In this document: positions 54,617-64,000 of the stretch, piece after piece
Layout: the number at the start of each line of letters is the position of its first letter
Position numbering within the stretch: position 1 is the stretch's first letter
The notes under the pieces: model-generated
Seen by the model: the letters and a program-made list of their open reading frames with translations, nothing else
The model's database searches: none
What the model was told of the DNA's origin: nothing
Position numbers and translations under genes: made by a program
Source: an uncultured virus (IMG/VR IMGVR_UViG_3300042560_002070)
Taxonomy: Duplodnaviria; Heunggongvirae; Uroviricota; Caudoviricetes
Virus record (IMG/VR): IMGVR_UViG_3300042560_002070
Length of the DNA: 64,000 nt
Strand: one strand, 5' to 3'

Positions 54617-55498
54617 ATGATTCATTACATCAACCTTAGGTCGCAGCGACGGCTTTACGAGTATGTAACTGACGTAGGTGGTGCGAGCAATTTTACCTCT
54701 CGCCAGTTAGCTTTTCGAGCTGCTAGGTCGGGGATGTCTTGTGGTGATGTTCTTTTCTATTGCCCCAACCTTGCGTGCCACGAGATGTATTACTGCATTG
54801 GCTCCGGTACCCGCAAGCAGTTGGTGCCATCTATCAGTAGTCGCTTTGATATTAGCTGTTTCGAGGAAGAGTATAGGATGTATCTTCGTGAGATAGTTAT
54901 GTCAGTTGAAGAGGCGAGGCAAGTGTATGGTCGCTGTTGGTGTGTTTACGCAGATCTTGGTTACTTAAGGCCGGAGGGTAGTGCTTATGTTGTCGATGAA
55001 TCGAGAAACGTGCCGCAGTGGTCTGGTGTGGAACTAGAGGGTTTGGGTGCGCAAGAGTTTGAGGCATCTGATTTTACACGTCCGATGATGTTCGGTATTA
55101 GCCGATTGCCTGACACGATAGATTCTAATGTTTTTTTCGCTAGGTCTCTTTATGACTGTAATTGGCAGACTTATGACCGCTATTGCGTTCTCACGCCGAC
55201 AGGTTTTTGTTTAGTGCGACCCACTAAGATCACCTCAGCGATGATGAGGGTCTTTGATGATATCTATCTGGCTAACAGGTTTATTGTTTACGAGCGAGCG
55301 ATTGATATTTATTGTTCGATAGCGATAGCAGCGCAAGATAAGGTTCGGATTTTTTTGCGTAGCCTGCAAGAGCAGATACAGTGCATGAACTTCCTTGGCT
55401 TCGATAGCACACCGTTGTCGCAGCGAGAGGCAGTGTCATCGCCTTCTGTGCCGTATGTAGTTAGACCTAATTTGAACACAAGGATGGTGAAGCTATGA
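54617..55498 (+). CDS. Hypothetical protein
   Basis: 293-aa ORF, RBS AAGGA. Confidence 0.7.
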   Translation: MIHYINLRSQRRLYEYVTDVGGASNFTSRQLAFRAARSGMSCGDVLFYCPNLACHEMYYCIGSGTRKQLVPSISSRFDISCFEEEYRMYLREIVMSVEEARQVYGRCWCVYADLGYLRPEGSAYVVDESRNVPQWSGVELEGLGAQEFEASDFTRPMMFGISRLPDTIDSNVFFARSLYDCNWQTYDRYCVLTPTGFCLVRPTKITSAMMRVFDDIYLANRFIVYERAIDIYCSIAIAAQDKVRIFLRSLQEQIQCMNFLGFDSTPLSQREAVSSPSVPYVVRPNLNTRMVKL

Positions 55499-56019
55499 GG
55501 ACTCGCGAAGAAGATCTCCTTTCGTATTTTAGTGCAGTGTATCGAGATTATAACTGGTCAGTCCGGAGGGATTATAGTCGTGATGGGTATGTTGTAACGT
55601 GTACGATGCCGAGTCGGAGCACGGCTTTGTTTGTTAGTTTGGATTCGGATTCTACAGCTCATCACATTGCCGGAGCAGCTAATCGCGCAGTACAAAGCCT
55701 ACTACGCAGCTTCAGTTTCAATGCTGAGGTGCGTCTCGTTGAGTCAATCCTAAGACAACACTTCGTCGGCGTGAATGTCACCCAGAATGCTGATGGCTCG
55801 ATGGTGATTGATCTGGTTGACACTGCTTATGGTTGCACTGGGCAATACCACATCGAGAGTGTAGAGACTATCGTATCGTTTATGATGACTATTTTTTCAG
55901 CGATGCGGCGTAGCCAATCCTATACGGTTTCGCCAGTTACAGTCGAGGAGCCAGTTGTATCGTCACAAGAATATCGCTGTGTCACCTCAGTCATGCTGGA
56001 GCGAAGCGTGACTTTATGA
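55495..56019 (+). CDS. Hypothetical protein
   Basis: 174 aa, ATGA overlap. Confidence 0.7.
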   Translation: MRTREEDLLSYFSAVYRDYNWSVRRDYSRDGYVVTCTMPSRSTALFVSLDSDSTAHHIAGAANRAVQSLLRSFSFNAEVRLVESILRQHFVGVNVTQNADGSMVIDLVDTAYGCTGQYHIESVETIVSFMMTIFSAMRRSQSYTVSPVTVEEPVVSSQEYRCVTSVMLERSVTL

Positions 56020-56090
56020 AAGAGTGTGGTGTCGTGTTCAATCACAACATCACACGTCCTCTAGCTAGACTTCTGTAGAGCGACCGAAGA

Positions 56091-56975
56091 TCAGTTAACG
56101 CTCGGCTTTCCTCTCATGTAAGCCAGTGCTACTCCAGCAGCGCTGACCTGCTTGCTAATACGAGGGTCAAGGTACATCTCTGTGACGCTGCGATCTTTGT
56201 GGTCTAGGACGGCCTGGGCATCCATATCAATGGCATCGCACGCACTGGCTACCGTTCTGCGCAAACGATGGAACTTGCTCTTGCGATCCGTCGATAGGCC
56301 AGCCTTTTTCATCAGTTGACCCCATTTACCCCACAGAAACAATCTATTGAGCGGCCAGTGGAACACCAGCTTATGATCTCTCGGCAGTTGAGCTAGTGCC
56401 TGCATGGTCTCTACACTCAACTGATACTGCCGGTCTCGCCGCTTTCCCTTGCGGTGTTCGGCAGGGATCGTCAGCCAATGAAGCTGTAGCTGTGACCACT
56501 CTATCTGCATCACTGCGCCTATTCTTTCGGCGGTGTCGAGGATGACAAGGAACAAAGCTCGCCAAAAATCCCTGGCTGGTACGTTGCCAATAAAACCTTC
56601 CTCTTGCTCAATCGCTCTCTGGATGGCAAGCAACTCTTCTGGCAGCCAAGCCTGCGGAGTTCGCTTAGGTTCTATCTCGGCTGGCACGTTGGGCCAAATC
56701 TGGAGATAGCCACGCTGACAGGCAAAACGCCAGATCGCCAGGATCTGCGCCCTGTCTTTGTTAACCGTCGCAGCAGCCCGACCACTGGCTCCGACTCGGC
56801 TTAAGTGACGAGCCATTTCCAGGTCGGTTAGGTCACTTAGGAGTGCTTTTCTGCCCAGCGTCTTCTCAAAAGACCGTATCGATAATCGATACAACCGGAC
56901 AGTCTCCTTGCTGCGACCTCGAAGTTTTAGGGGTGTGTAGATTGATTCAAAAAATTCTTGTAGCAACATGGACAT
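56091..56975 (-). CDS. int: Tyrosine recombinase/integrase
   Basis: TAERIG (R), RKGK (K), FHRLRR (HxxR), LDH, TEMYL (Y); SAM-like N-terminal domain. Confidence 0.92.
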   Translation of the reverse strand: MSMLLQEFFESIYTPLKLRGRSKETVRLYRLSIRSFEKTLGRKALLSDLTDLEMARHLSRVGASGRAAATVNKDRAQILAIWRFACQRGYLQIWPNVPAEIEPKRTPQAWLPEELLAIQRAIEQEEGFIGNVPARDFWRALFLVILDTAERIGAVMQIEWSQLQLHWLTIPAEHRKGKRRDRQYQLSVETMQALAQLPRDHKLVFHWPLNRLFLWGKWGQLMKKAGLSTDRKSKFHRLRRTVASACDAIDMDAQAVLDHKDRSVTEMYLDPRISKQVSAAGVALAYMRGKPSVN

Positions 56976-57046
56976 TCTCGCTAGGTAAGGACCAAGAGAG
57001 GATTTCCTAATCTACGCCACAGATAGTGGGGTGAGGGGTAGGGGGT

Positions 57047-57082
57047 AAATTTTTCCAAATTTTCCGAATTTTCCGAATTTTC
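57047..57082 (+). repeat. Four tandem AATTTTCC(G/A)-like units next to attP
   Basis: aaatttttcca aattttccg aattttccg aattttc. Confidence 0.7.
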
Positions 57083-57102
57083 TTCAAGTCCCTTATCCTC
57101 CA
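57083..57102 (+). other. Putative attP core equal to a tRNA 3' end
   Basis: TTCAAGT CCCTT ATCCTCC A = T-loop, T-stem, acceptor strand, discriminator; about 110 bp from integrase start. Confidence 0.75.
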
Positions 57103-57439
57103 CTTTTGGAACCACTACTTATGGTTGGATTAATCTCTCTTTTCGAAACATTTGTTTGAATCCTAGCAGGCTAGGCAAAATAGTCAAGCCTTGAATGCCC
57201 TTTATGGAGGGTTCTGTTGTAAGTACCTAGATTTTCTGGATTGCCTATTATGCCTTTTTGTGTCGCAATGAGGCATCTCCCCGAGTATTGACCATGCAAT
57301 AGTCGGTTCATATCTTTACGCCCGTGGCAAGTCGCTTTTGCGACCGACGACCATTCTTTCGTGGATCATTCTAAGTCAGTGGATGGCAGGCGTTCCACCG
57401 CCCGCAAGCACGCTTTTCTTAGCGTCTAGGAGTACGTCT

Positions 57440-57685
57440 ATGTTTATGCTTCGAGCAGAGCATTTTGTTACGGAGTCAGTCCCTCGCTGTGGCGAAATCA
57501 ACCGCCCATTCTTCGAGTGGCTAGAGTTTTACGAGCAGTTTCTCGGTAAGCCAGCGATACGTCGTGCCAGCGAAATCGTTTGGGAGGAACTTGGTAATCA
57601 AGCAGGAGCAATTTTGTTTGACTCTACTCCAGAGTTCAATGCTAACTTTTTCAATCAAGTTATGGAGAAACTGACCAATGAGTAA
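57440..57685 (+). CDS. Hypothetical protein
   Basis: Start MFMLRAE after AGGAG; TTGACC-N17-TATCTT upstream near 57288. Confidence 0.65.
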   Translation: MFMLRAEHFVTESVPRCGEINRPFFEWLEFYEQFLGKPAIRRASEIVWEELGNQAGAILFDSTPEFNANFFNQVMEKLTNE

Positions 57686-58796
57686 CGCTATCGCCAGGAT
57701 TGTGTACGGCGCGGATGGTAAAGGAGCTATTGCTCGCGTCAATGACGAGGGTGTGATCCATGCTATCAGCAAGAAGGTTCATTTGTCCGCCGACGAAGGC
57801 CAGTGGTATCACATGACAGTGATCAACGCTGCTACCGGGAAGTACGAACAGAAGAAGATTATTACCGCGAAGGGGTATGATTATCTTCGTAGCTTGATTG
57901 GGATCTACTTCACGAGTCCTGACACGATAGTCAATAGCGACGGTCGAGTCGTCGGCAATCCCTACCTGCACGAAAGTAAGGGTATGCTGGAGTTTGTGAA
58001 GCTCAGAGTGATAGGTGCCTGCCGTGGGCCCTCAGGAAATTGGCATGCTCAGGATCTGACGTTCATCTACAACTTTAAGGCTTACCTCGCCAGCGATCTA
58101 TTCGCTAAGTGGCACGATCGCAAAACTGGCACAACTAAGGAATGGGGTCGTCTGGTTAATTCGTTAGCTGCTGCTCCGTGTGCACCGGACAAGATCAGAG
58201 TGCCAGTGTCGATGGGTGTAGAGCTGGAGGTTGACTTGAGCAACTCGGCTGTAATGAGCATTTACCGAGAGCACCTTGAAAAGCAGAAGTTTGCCGAAAG
58301 GAATGCTTATAGCATGGCCTCCAGAAACATTATGCGAAAACTGTTGGGACTTCACTACGTCGACGATGATAATACTGTGACGATTACCGTTTGGCCGCAG
58401 GCAGATAAGGACATTGCCAAGGTCGGCAGCATGGTCGAGCGTAATAAGCAGGGTAGCGTGGTGATCGATGCTGATGTGGTCAAGATAGTACGCGATCAAG
58501 TCGAGGCGACTGAAGAGGATGTTCAGTCTGTCGATGAGCGTGACGATGAGTCTGTTGTTGAGGTCGATGTACCTGAGCCAGCTAAGCCACAGCGCACTAA
58601 GGTGCAGGCGTTAGCGGAGCTGCGTGAGATCATCAATCAGATTCCTGAGAATGACGAAAAGCCTGAGGCTAAGAAAGGGCTTATTAAGGCGGCATTGAAG
58701 TTAGAAGGATTTAGAACGCCTGCTGACTTGACTAAGGATCATGTGACGATTGAGGCGATCGATAAAGTTAAGGATCATTTGAGGATTACGCTATGA
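57678..58796 (+). CDS. Hypothetical protein, possibly a recombination/ssDNA-annealing protein
   Basis: 372 aa, globular N-terminus plus acidic linker; first large gene of a DNA-metabolism operon (function inferred from context only). Confidence 0.6.
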   Translation: MSNAIARIVYGADGKGAIARVNDEGVIHAISKKVHLSADEGQWYHMTVINAATGKYEQKKIITAKGYDYLRSLIGIYFTSPDTIVNSDGRVVGNPYLHESKGMLEFVKLRVIGACRGPSGNWHAQDLTFIYNFKAYLASDLFAKWHDRKTGTTKEWGRLVNSLAAAPCAPDKIRVPVSMGVELEVDLSNSAVMSIYREHLEKQKFAERNAYSMASRNIMRKLLGLHYVDDDNTVTITVWPQADKDIAKVGSMVERNKQGSVVIDADVVKIVRDQVEATEEDVQSVDERDDESVVEVDVPEPAKPQRTKVQALAELREIINQIPENDEKPEAKKGLIKAALKLEGFRTPADLTKDHVTIEAIDKVKDHLRITL

Positions 58797-60667
58797 AACT
58801 AACAAGTGTCAAGGTCGTGAACGTAAAGGGTCTCAAGGATGGTGAGTACCCTCTGAGTGCAGTGACGTATGTATGTGGAGGTAATCGCAGTGGTAAGACG
58901 GCGATCCTGCAAGCTGTGCAGTATGCCGTGTTTGGACGCTGCGACGAGATGGGCTCTAAGGGTGTTGGTGCCCTGGTTCGGTCGGGTGGCGATTTTTGCT
59001 CGATCGAGGTCGTTGGTGACGAGGTGGTCTTTGCTGCTAAAGTGTCAGTAAAGAAGAACGGCACGATCAGCCAGTCTCGCGTGTGCAAGATCAATGGCCT
59101 TGAGGTGTCGAGTGCCGAGGTCTCTAAGATACTTGGTGATGTACCGACAACATTGGCTCAGTTCAATGCACTAACTGGCGAAGAGATGTGGCGGCTGATT
59201 ATGCCACAGGACGAAAGTAATAAGGTGCCTGCTGATGTGGTGCAAGCTGTCGATGCGATCGCTGATAAGCTGGAAGGCGTTGGGATGACAGGCAGCTCGT
59301 CGCAGATACGCACTGCACTAGAGATGGAGGCAGACAGCGTCAGTCATGCCACAGCGATTCTGGAGGCAGTGTCGGGAGCACAGCGCGAAGCTCGAAGTAC
59401 GGCAAGGGCATTACTCAAAACGATTGAGTCGGATGAGAAGCCGTACGATGGCCCTCCATTGGCTGATTTGAAAATCGAGGAAAAAGAGCTGAAGCAGCGA
59501 ATGCAACAGATCCAAGAGAGCATTCGTTCAATCAATAGGATTCGCCAGACGATCGAGTACAACCGGCAGCAGGTCGAATCGCAGCAAAAGACTTTGGAGT
59601 CGAGTCAAGCTGATATTGCTCGCCTTAGCCCGAATATCGCCAGGATAGATGAAGTTTGTTCCATTGTCGATCAGTTGCTGACAATCATGCCCGATTTCAT
59701 TGATCATGCCAAGTTTAGTAGCACGTTCTTCAGCAATGATGTCCGTCAACTGCTGGAGGCTATTAAAACGATAAATCCAAATCACGACATGTGTAATTTA
59801 GCAGCGAAGTTCACCGAAGCCGTGAATCAGTATATTGCTCAGCGAACGTATGTCATTGGTGCCGATTGTCACCTTGACGAGCTGATAAGCCAAGCGATTC
59901 AAGGAGGAAGCGAGTGGGGCTATCAGGTCAACGAAATTAATCGCTCGGCGTTTGAGTCGTTGCGAGTATCGCTATCTAAGCACAGGCTAACCGTAGCTTC
60001 GACTGTTGATACGTGTGCTAAGCGAGTAGTTCAGTGCGAGGAAAAGATCGCAGCATTGATGGCTGAGACAGTGCACTTAGAGGCGCAGTCGGATGTAGCC
60101 ACCGATGAGAGCGTCGTGGCTGTCGTTTCGCAGAAGCTAAGTTCGGTGATGGATCTAATCGCCAAGGCACAGGCGTATAACGCGAGAGTTGCACAGGCCC
60201 AGACGGCACGCATGCAGGCGATTACTCTTGAGAGTTTGGATGCTTTCTTTGATCATGCTATTGAGCGTCTTCAGTCATATCGTGCCTTGCTGTTGCGTGT
60301 GGGTATCGAGTCTGTCCAGGCTGGAGCCAATGCGATTATCGAGAGAATTGGATTAAGCAAGATCGTGCTTGAGCCAGTGACGGGTAAGCGTCCATCTTTA
60401 GTCGTGAAGAACGAAGCTGGTAGCCTGTACTCAGGTATGAGTGGGGCTGAGAGATTGATCTATGGTGCAGCACTGATCCGTTCGATTCATGCGGTACGCA
60501 AGGTGGGGATGTCCCTACTTTTCTTGGAGGGTGGTGAGTTGGATCACAACTACACGACTCGCTTGGTCCATGCGATGAGCCAGTGTGGCGAGGTTGGTAA
60601 TGCGATCTTAGCTCACTGGGTGAATAATCTGTTATTCGACTCTCAGATTGGAGTGGTTAATGTCTAG
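58793..60667 (+). CDS. SMC/Rad50/SbcC-like coiled-coil ABC ATPase
   Basis: GGNRSGKT Walker A, long coiled coil, MSGAE signature, LLFLEGGELD degenerate Walker B/D-loop. Confidence 0.85.
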   Translation: MKLTSVKVVNVKGLKDGEYPLSAVTYVCGGNRSGKTAILQAVQYAVFGRCDEMGSKGVGALVRSGGDFCSIEVVGDEVVFAAKVSVKKNGTISQSRVCKINGLEVSSAEVSKILGDVPTTLAQFNALTGEEMWRLIMPQDESNKVPADVVQAVDAIADKLEGVGMTGSSSQIRTALEMEADSVSHATAILEAVSGAQREARSTARALLKTIESDEKPYDGPPLADLKIEEKELKQRMQQIQESIRSINRIRQTIEYNRQQVESQQKTLESSQADIARLSPNIARIDEVCSIVDQLLTIMPDFIDHAKFSSTFFSNDVRQLLEAIKTINPNHDMCNLAAKFTEAVNQYIAQRTYVIGADCHLDELISQAIQGGSEWGYQVNEINRSAFESLRVSLSKHRLTVASTVDTCAKRVVQCEEKIAALMAETVHLEAQSDVATDESVVAVVSQKLSSVMDLIAKAQAYNARVAQAQTARMQAITLESLDAFFDHAIERLQSYRALLLRVGIESVQAGANAIIERIGLSKIVLEPVTGKRPSLVVKNEAGSLYSGMSGAERLIYGAALIRSIHAVRKVGMSLLFLEGGELDHNYTTRLVHAMSQCGEVGNAILAHWVNNLLFDSQIGVVNV

Positions 60668-62339
60668 TCTTACAGAGCAGCAGTTTTCGATTTTAGAGTC
60701 AAGTGTCCTTGGGGCAGGGCCAGTCGCTGTTAAGGCTGGCCCTGGGTCAGGCAAGACGCATACGGTAGTCAGTCTGATTAAGCAGCATTTAGAGATAGGC
60801 GTTTCACCAACTGAGGTAATCGCCATTACCTTTACTAGGCGAGCGGCCACAGAGCTTAAGGAGCGTCTTGGCAACGCTGGTAAGCGTGTCAGGGCTAGTA
60901 CCATCGACGCACTGGCCTTGGATATTGTAAGCAGCAAGGAAGCTAATACGGCAGTGCTTAGTCCTCAGTGGTCTTGGAATGTGTTTAGTGTCTGCTGTGA
61001 CATGGCAGGAGCTAAGCCGACCTCAACGCTGTATGACACGATGTGCAAGCTACAGGAGCGAGAGTACACCGGCCAGTCGATCGATGGTGACATAAGCAAA
61101 GCCGAACGAGTGCTTAGTCTGTATGAGTCGATTTGCGAGGCAGGCAGCTATCGTGACTATAGCATGATGATTGGGAAGGCAATTCAGATCGTAGAAAGTG
61201 GTAGCTACCGCAGTGTGTGTCGCTTACTCGTCGTGGATGAGGCTCAGGATACGAGTTTACTACAGTGGCGACTGATCAAGGCGTTGGCTAAACAGTCAAC
61301 TGTACAGCTTGTGATTGTTGGCGATCTAAACCAGAACATTTACAGTTGGCGTAATGCTGCTCCTGAGGTGTTCGAAGGTTACCTGCAAAGCGAGGACTGC
61401 ATTGCACTGCCGCTTAACCAGTCGTTTCGTTGTTCACCGCAGATCGTCAGAGCCAGTAATTTACTGATTGAGCTAAATCCTGGTGCTACTGGGGGTGTAG
61501 TTAGTAAGCGAGTGGGTGCGTTTGAGCCGGTTATTAGCTGTCCAGAGCGACCTGTCTTGGCAGTAGCTGGCTTGCTCGATCAGCTCTATCTGCCAGATGA
61601 CATCGCAGTGCTGTGCCGCACCAATCGGACGGTACAGCATGTGGCCCGTGAGCTGCTGGAGATCGGTGTGCAGGCTAATGCGGTAACGCCGATAGAAGGC
61701 TCGCTTAGTTTTTTGGTTGCAGCAACACTGTTTGGTGTGAATCAACACAACACTGTTCATCAGATCCTATTGCGTTCTGCTGCATCGGAGGTAGGGATAT
61801 CGCTACGTGGTAGTGATGCAGAGTCGCTTATTGCATCTCTAGCTTCTGCTCCAGGTGGATACAAGCTAGTTAGCTTCGTTAGTAAATGTGCCTGTGATGA
61901 TTTAGTTTTTGGCGAGGTGCTGAACGACATACGAGAGGTTCCAGAGTATCGTCGAGCAGTTCAAGACTTGAGTAAATCTTACGGTGGTTACTTCATGGAG
62001 GATGCGGTTGGGCAACTGCTTCGTGTGCCGGAGGTGGAACAATTGAGTGGAGCCATCACGGTATCGACGATTCACCAAGCCAAAGGTCTTGAGTGGCCTG
62101 CTGTGGTGATAGCTGACTTGAAAGAGGGTGTTTTCCCAAGCAAAAAAAGCCTTAAGAGCGAGGCGGGCATTATCGAAGAGCGACGGCTTATGTATGTCGC
62201 GATGACTAGGGCGAAGGACTCGCTAACCCTGTGCTATGACGCTTTGGCTCCGAGTCAATTTGTGTTCCCTAAGGAGGTGTATCGTGCTGGAGAGAATGAG
62301 GGATTGGCTCAAGAGACGATCCGAGAAGCAGGATGGTAG
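60660..62339 (+). CDS. UvrD/Rep-family SF1 helicase
   Basis: AGPGSGKT, ITFTRRAA, VDEAQD, VGDLNQNIYSWR, STIHQAKGLEW, EERRLMYVAMTRA. Confidence 0.95.
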   Translation: MSSLTEQQFSILESSVLGAGPVAVKAGPGSGKTHTVVSLIKQHLEIGVSPTEVIAITFTRRAATELKERLGNAGKRVRASTIDALALDIVSSKEANTAVLSPQWSWNVFSVCCDMAGAKPTSTLYDTMCKLQEREYTGQSIDGDISKAERVLSLYESICEAGSYRDYSMMIGKAIQIVESGSYRSVCRLLVVDEAQDTSLLQWRLIKALAKQSTVQLVIVGDLNQNIYSWRNAAPEVFEGYLQSEDCIALPLNQSFRCSPQIVRASNLLIELNPGATGGVVSKRVGAFEPVISCPERPVLAVAGLLDQLYLPDDIAVLCRTNRTVQHVARELLEIGVQANAVTPIEGSLSFLVAATLFGVNQHNTVHQILLRSAASEVGISLRGSDAESLIASLASAPGGYKLVSFVSKCACDDLVFGEVLNDIREVPEYRRAVQDLSKSYGGYFMEDAVGQLLRVPEVEQLSGAITVSTIHQAKGLEWPAVVIADLKEGVFPSKKSLKSEAGIIEERRLMYVAMTRAKDSLTLCYDALAPSQFVFPKEVYRAGENEGLAQETIREAGW

Positions 62340-62373
62340 TAAACCGATTCGTAGGTTTCGACCGCTGCGAAAC

Positions 62374-62532
62374 ATGAAGGCATTCGTAGCTTCCGTGTTG
62401 CGCAAGATATCGAGCGGCATACCTAAGTGGTTACTGCCGTATTTAGTGCAGGGTGCGTTGATTCTATTGGGTGCGCCGTGGTGGGTGTGGCCCATTATTG
62501 CAATAGCTGCATGGCTGCTTCTAGGTCGTTAA
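62374..62532 (+). CDS. Small membrane protein
   Basis: 52 aa, hydrophobic C-terminal half. Confidence 0.5.
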   Translation: MKAFVASVLRKISSGIPKWLLPYLVQGALILLGAPWWVWPIIAIAAWLLLGR

Positions 62533-62542
62533 TAGGAGGTAC

Positions 62543-63409
62543 ATGATGAATAGAGACTTGCAGATCGACGAAGAATTTAAGAATTTACTTGGCTCTCATA
62601 GCTCCGAGGAGTTTGATCAGTTAAAGCAAAATCTAATTGCTGATGGTCGAGTGATCGATCCAATTATCGCTTGGGAAGGTCACGATATCGTGGTAGATGG
62701 TCACACACGATATCAGATCGCGATTGCGGAAGGCATACCATTCCAGGTGATCGACTTGCCGTTTAGTGATCGGGAAGCGGTTAAGCAGTGGATCTATGGT
62801 CATCAATTTGGTCGTCGTAACGGCAACGGATTTGAGCTGGCTCGCTGGCGATCGATGCTGGTCGACATGATTGCGAGAAAAAACTCAGCACCAACGAGCC
62901 GTCACAAGGCCGTAAAGGAAGTTTCACAAAAGACTGGCGTAAACAAACGAGTCATTTATAGCGATCAGGCAGCAACTCGCGTGCTCGATTCGATCCCAGA
63001 GCAAGCAAGACGAAACATCGAAACAGGAGTCATCCGAGGTTCCGTCGAGTCGGTGGCCAAGATTGCCTCTTTACCTGAAACACAGCGATCTCAGGTCGTG
63101 GAGATTCTTGAGAATTTGCCTACCAGTGTGGAAGAAGAGGTGACATTTCGTTCGGTGGATGAAGTGATTCAAGCGGTGGCAGAACATCAAACCAATCAAG
63201 CGCCTCCTCCCAAAAAGGCAAGCAAGGAAGTCGAGCAAGCAGTGGCTCGAATCGAAAAGGCGATCGCTGAATTACCGAAGAGTATTGACGTGGTAGCGAG
63301 TGGCAAGAAGCTACATCGCTCACCTTGGAAAGAAAGAACGCAGGCTGCGTTTGCTAATTTCGTTAGCCTGTGGAGGGAGCAATGCAAGAAGCCAACACAC
63401 AGCAAATAA
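62543..63409 (+). CDS. ParB/Srx-like N-terminal domain protein with HTH
   Basis: IDEEFKNL, DPIIAW, VVDGHTRY, QFGRRN. Confidence 0.85.
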   Translation: MMNRDLQIDEEFKNLLGSHSSEEFDQLKQNLIADGRVIDPIIAWEGHDIVVDGHTRYQIAIAEGIPFQVIDLPFSDREAVKQWIYGHQFGRRNGNGFELARWRSMLVDMIARKNSAPTSRHKAVKEVSQKTGVNKRVIYSDQAATRVLDSIPEQARRNIETGVIRGSVESVAKIASLPETQRSQVVEILENLPTSVEEEVTFRSVDEVIQAVAEHQTNQAPPPKKASKEVEQAVARIEKAIAELPKSIDVVASGKKLHRSPWKERTQAAFANFVSLWREQCKKPTHSK

Positions 63410-64000
63410 GGAACTGCTTTACTCGTGAGCCTTGGCCTCATCAGCTTGAGGCAGCAACTCGTGTGGTTGAGGAGCTTCGGACGCACAACGCAGTAACGCT
63501 TTGTAGCGCAACTGGTGCCGGAAAATCAGATGTGATGTGGGCACTGGTTCAACATTACCTCAACATTGGTGCCAAGATTTTGATCTTAACCAACAGGCGT
63601 ATGTTGACTCGTCAAACTATGGCAAATGCTCAGGTGAAGGGGATTGGTTTTGGTGTTCGTGCAGCGACACTGGCCGAGCACTTTGATGCGAGCCAGGATG
63701 TGCAGATCAGTAGTGTGCAGTCGGAGATCGCCAGGACTATCAATAGTTCCAGGTGGGAGCGATTTGGAGCGGACATTGTGCTTGTCGACGAAGGACATCT
63801 ACAAGCTAGTGGTGAGTCCGAGAAGTTCCTTCGATCGTACCTGCATGATCGAGCCAAGATCGTCGGTATTACAGCAACTCCGATAGGTATGAGTCATCTG
63901 TATCCGAGGCTAATTGTGGCAGGTAAGCCATCGGATTGCCTTAGGTGTGGTGCTCATGTACGAGCGATTATCAAGGCTCCGTTTGAGTTCGACTTATCGA
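63382..64000 (+). CDS. SF2 DEAD/DEAH-like helicase, truncated by window end (not in ORF track)
   Basis: Manual translation: PWPHQ, ATGAGKS, LVDEGH, GITATP; RBS GGAGG. Confidence 0.9.
   Translation, partial: MQEANTQQIRNCFTREPWPHQLEAATRVVEELRTHNAVTLCSATGAGKSDVMWALVQHYLNIGAKILILTNRRMLTRQTMANAQVKGIGFGVRAATLAEHFDASQDVQISSVQSEIARTINSSRWERFGADIVLVDEGHLQASGESEKFLRSYLHDRAKIVGITATPIGMSHLYPRLIVAGKPSDCLRCGAHVRAIIKAPFEFDLS

Larger units (their letters stand above)
1..64000. mobile_element. Temperate tailed phage (Caudoviricetes-like) genome segment, attP form
   Basis: Dense co-oriented gene blocks, virion-type genes, prim-pol, resolvase, many small hypothetical ORFs; integrase next to a tRNA 3'-end core with phage-type genes on both sides. 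Confidence 0.9.

Noticed and set aside
56091..56975. Integron integrase IntI serving the attC-like sites
   Set aside because: No IntI-specific insertion is visible before the HxxR motif, and it sits beside a tRNA-type attP like an ordinary phage integrase
58793..62339. Gabija-like defence pair (ABC ATPase plus UvrD)
   Set aside because: The ATPase has a long coiled coil and no C-terminal TOPRIM domain; context is a phage DNA-metabolism operon
102..63886. Many short alternative-frame and antisense ORFs in the track (e.g. 2896-3399, 4464-4895, 53417-54037)
   Set aside because: They overlap longer ORFs with clear motifs and operon coupling, and show no RBS or motif support

Overview
The whole window reads as part of a tailed, probably temperate phage genome. 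No capsid, portal or terminase gene is recognisable here, and no host housekeeping block. Layout: (1) 1-24.3 kb, + strand, virion module: fibre/beta-helix protein, probable tail tube, a 1047-aa Thr/Ser- and Cys-rich mucin-like protein followed directly by GT2 glycosyltransferase and SAM-methyltransferase genes, then probable ejected proteins ending in a 2797-aa polyvalent protein (zincin plus ART-like domains). (2) 24.4-47.8 kb, - strand, early/replication genes: prim-pol, MazG-like, two DnaN beta-clamps, Holliday junction resolvase, RimI-like GNAT, a Ycf46-like AAA cluster, a clamp-loader-like ATPase, CsrA- and DksA-like proteins and many small ORFs. (3) 48-56 kb, + strand, small accessory genes with attC-like sites. 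(4) A tyrosine integrase beside a tRNA-3'-end attP. (5) A + strand operon with an SMC/Rad50-like ATPase, UvrD, ParB-like and SF2 helicase genes. Several features point to a Planctomycetota host (inference). Best leads: a candidate virion glycoprotein with its own glycosylation locus; integron-type cassette(s) in the phage; an AAA+ domain with Walker B ahead of Walker A; two divergent beta-clamps; a 7-copy fixed-spacing promoter-plus-hairpin element; and two tRNA-like RNAs with broken anticodon arms, one heading a structured ncRNA candidate. All family assignments come from reading motifs by eye; no searches were run.
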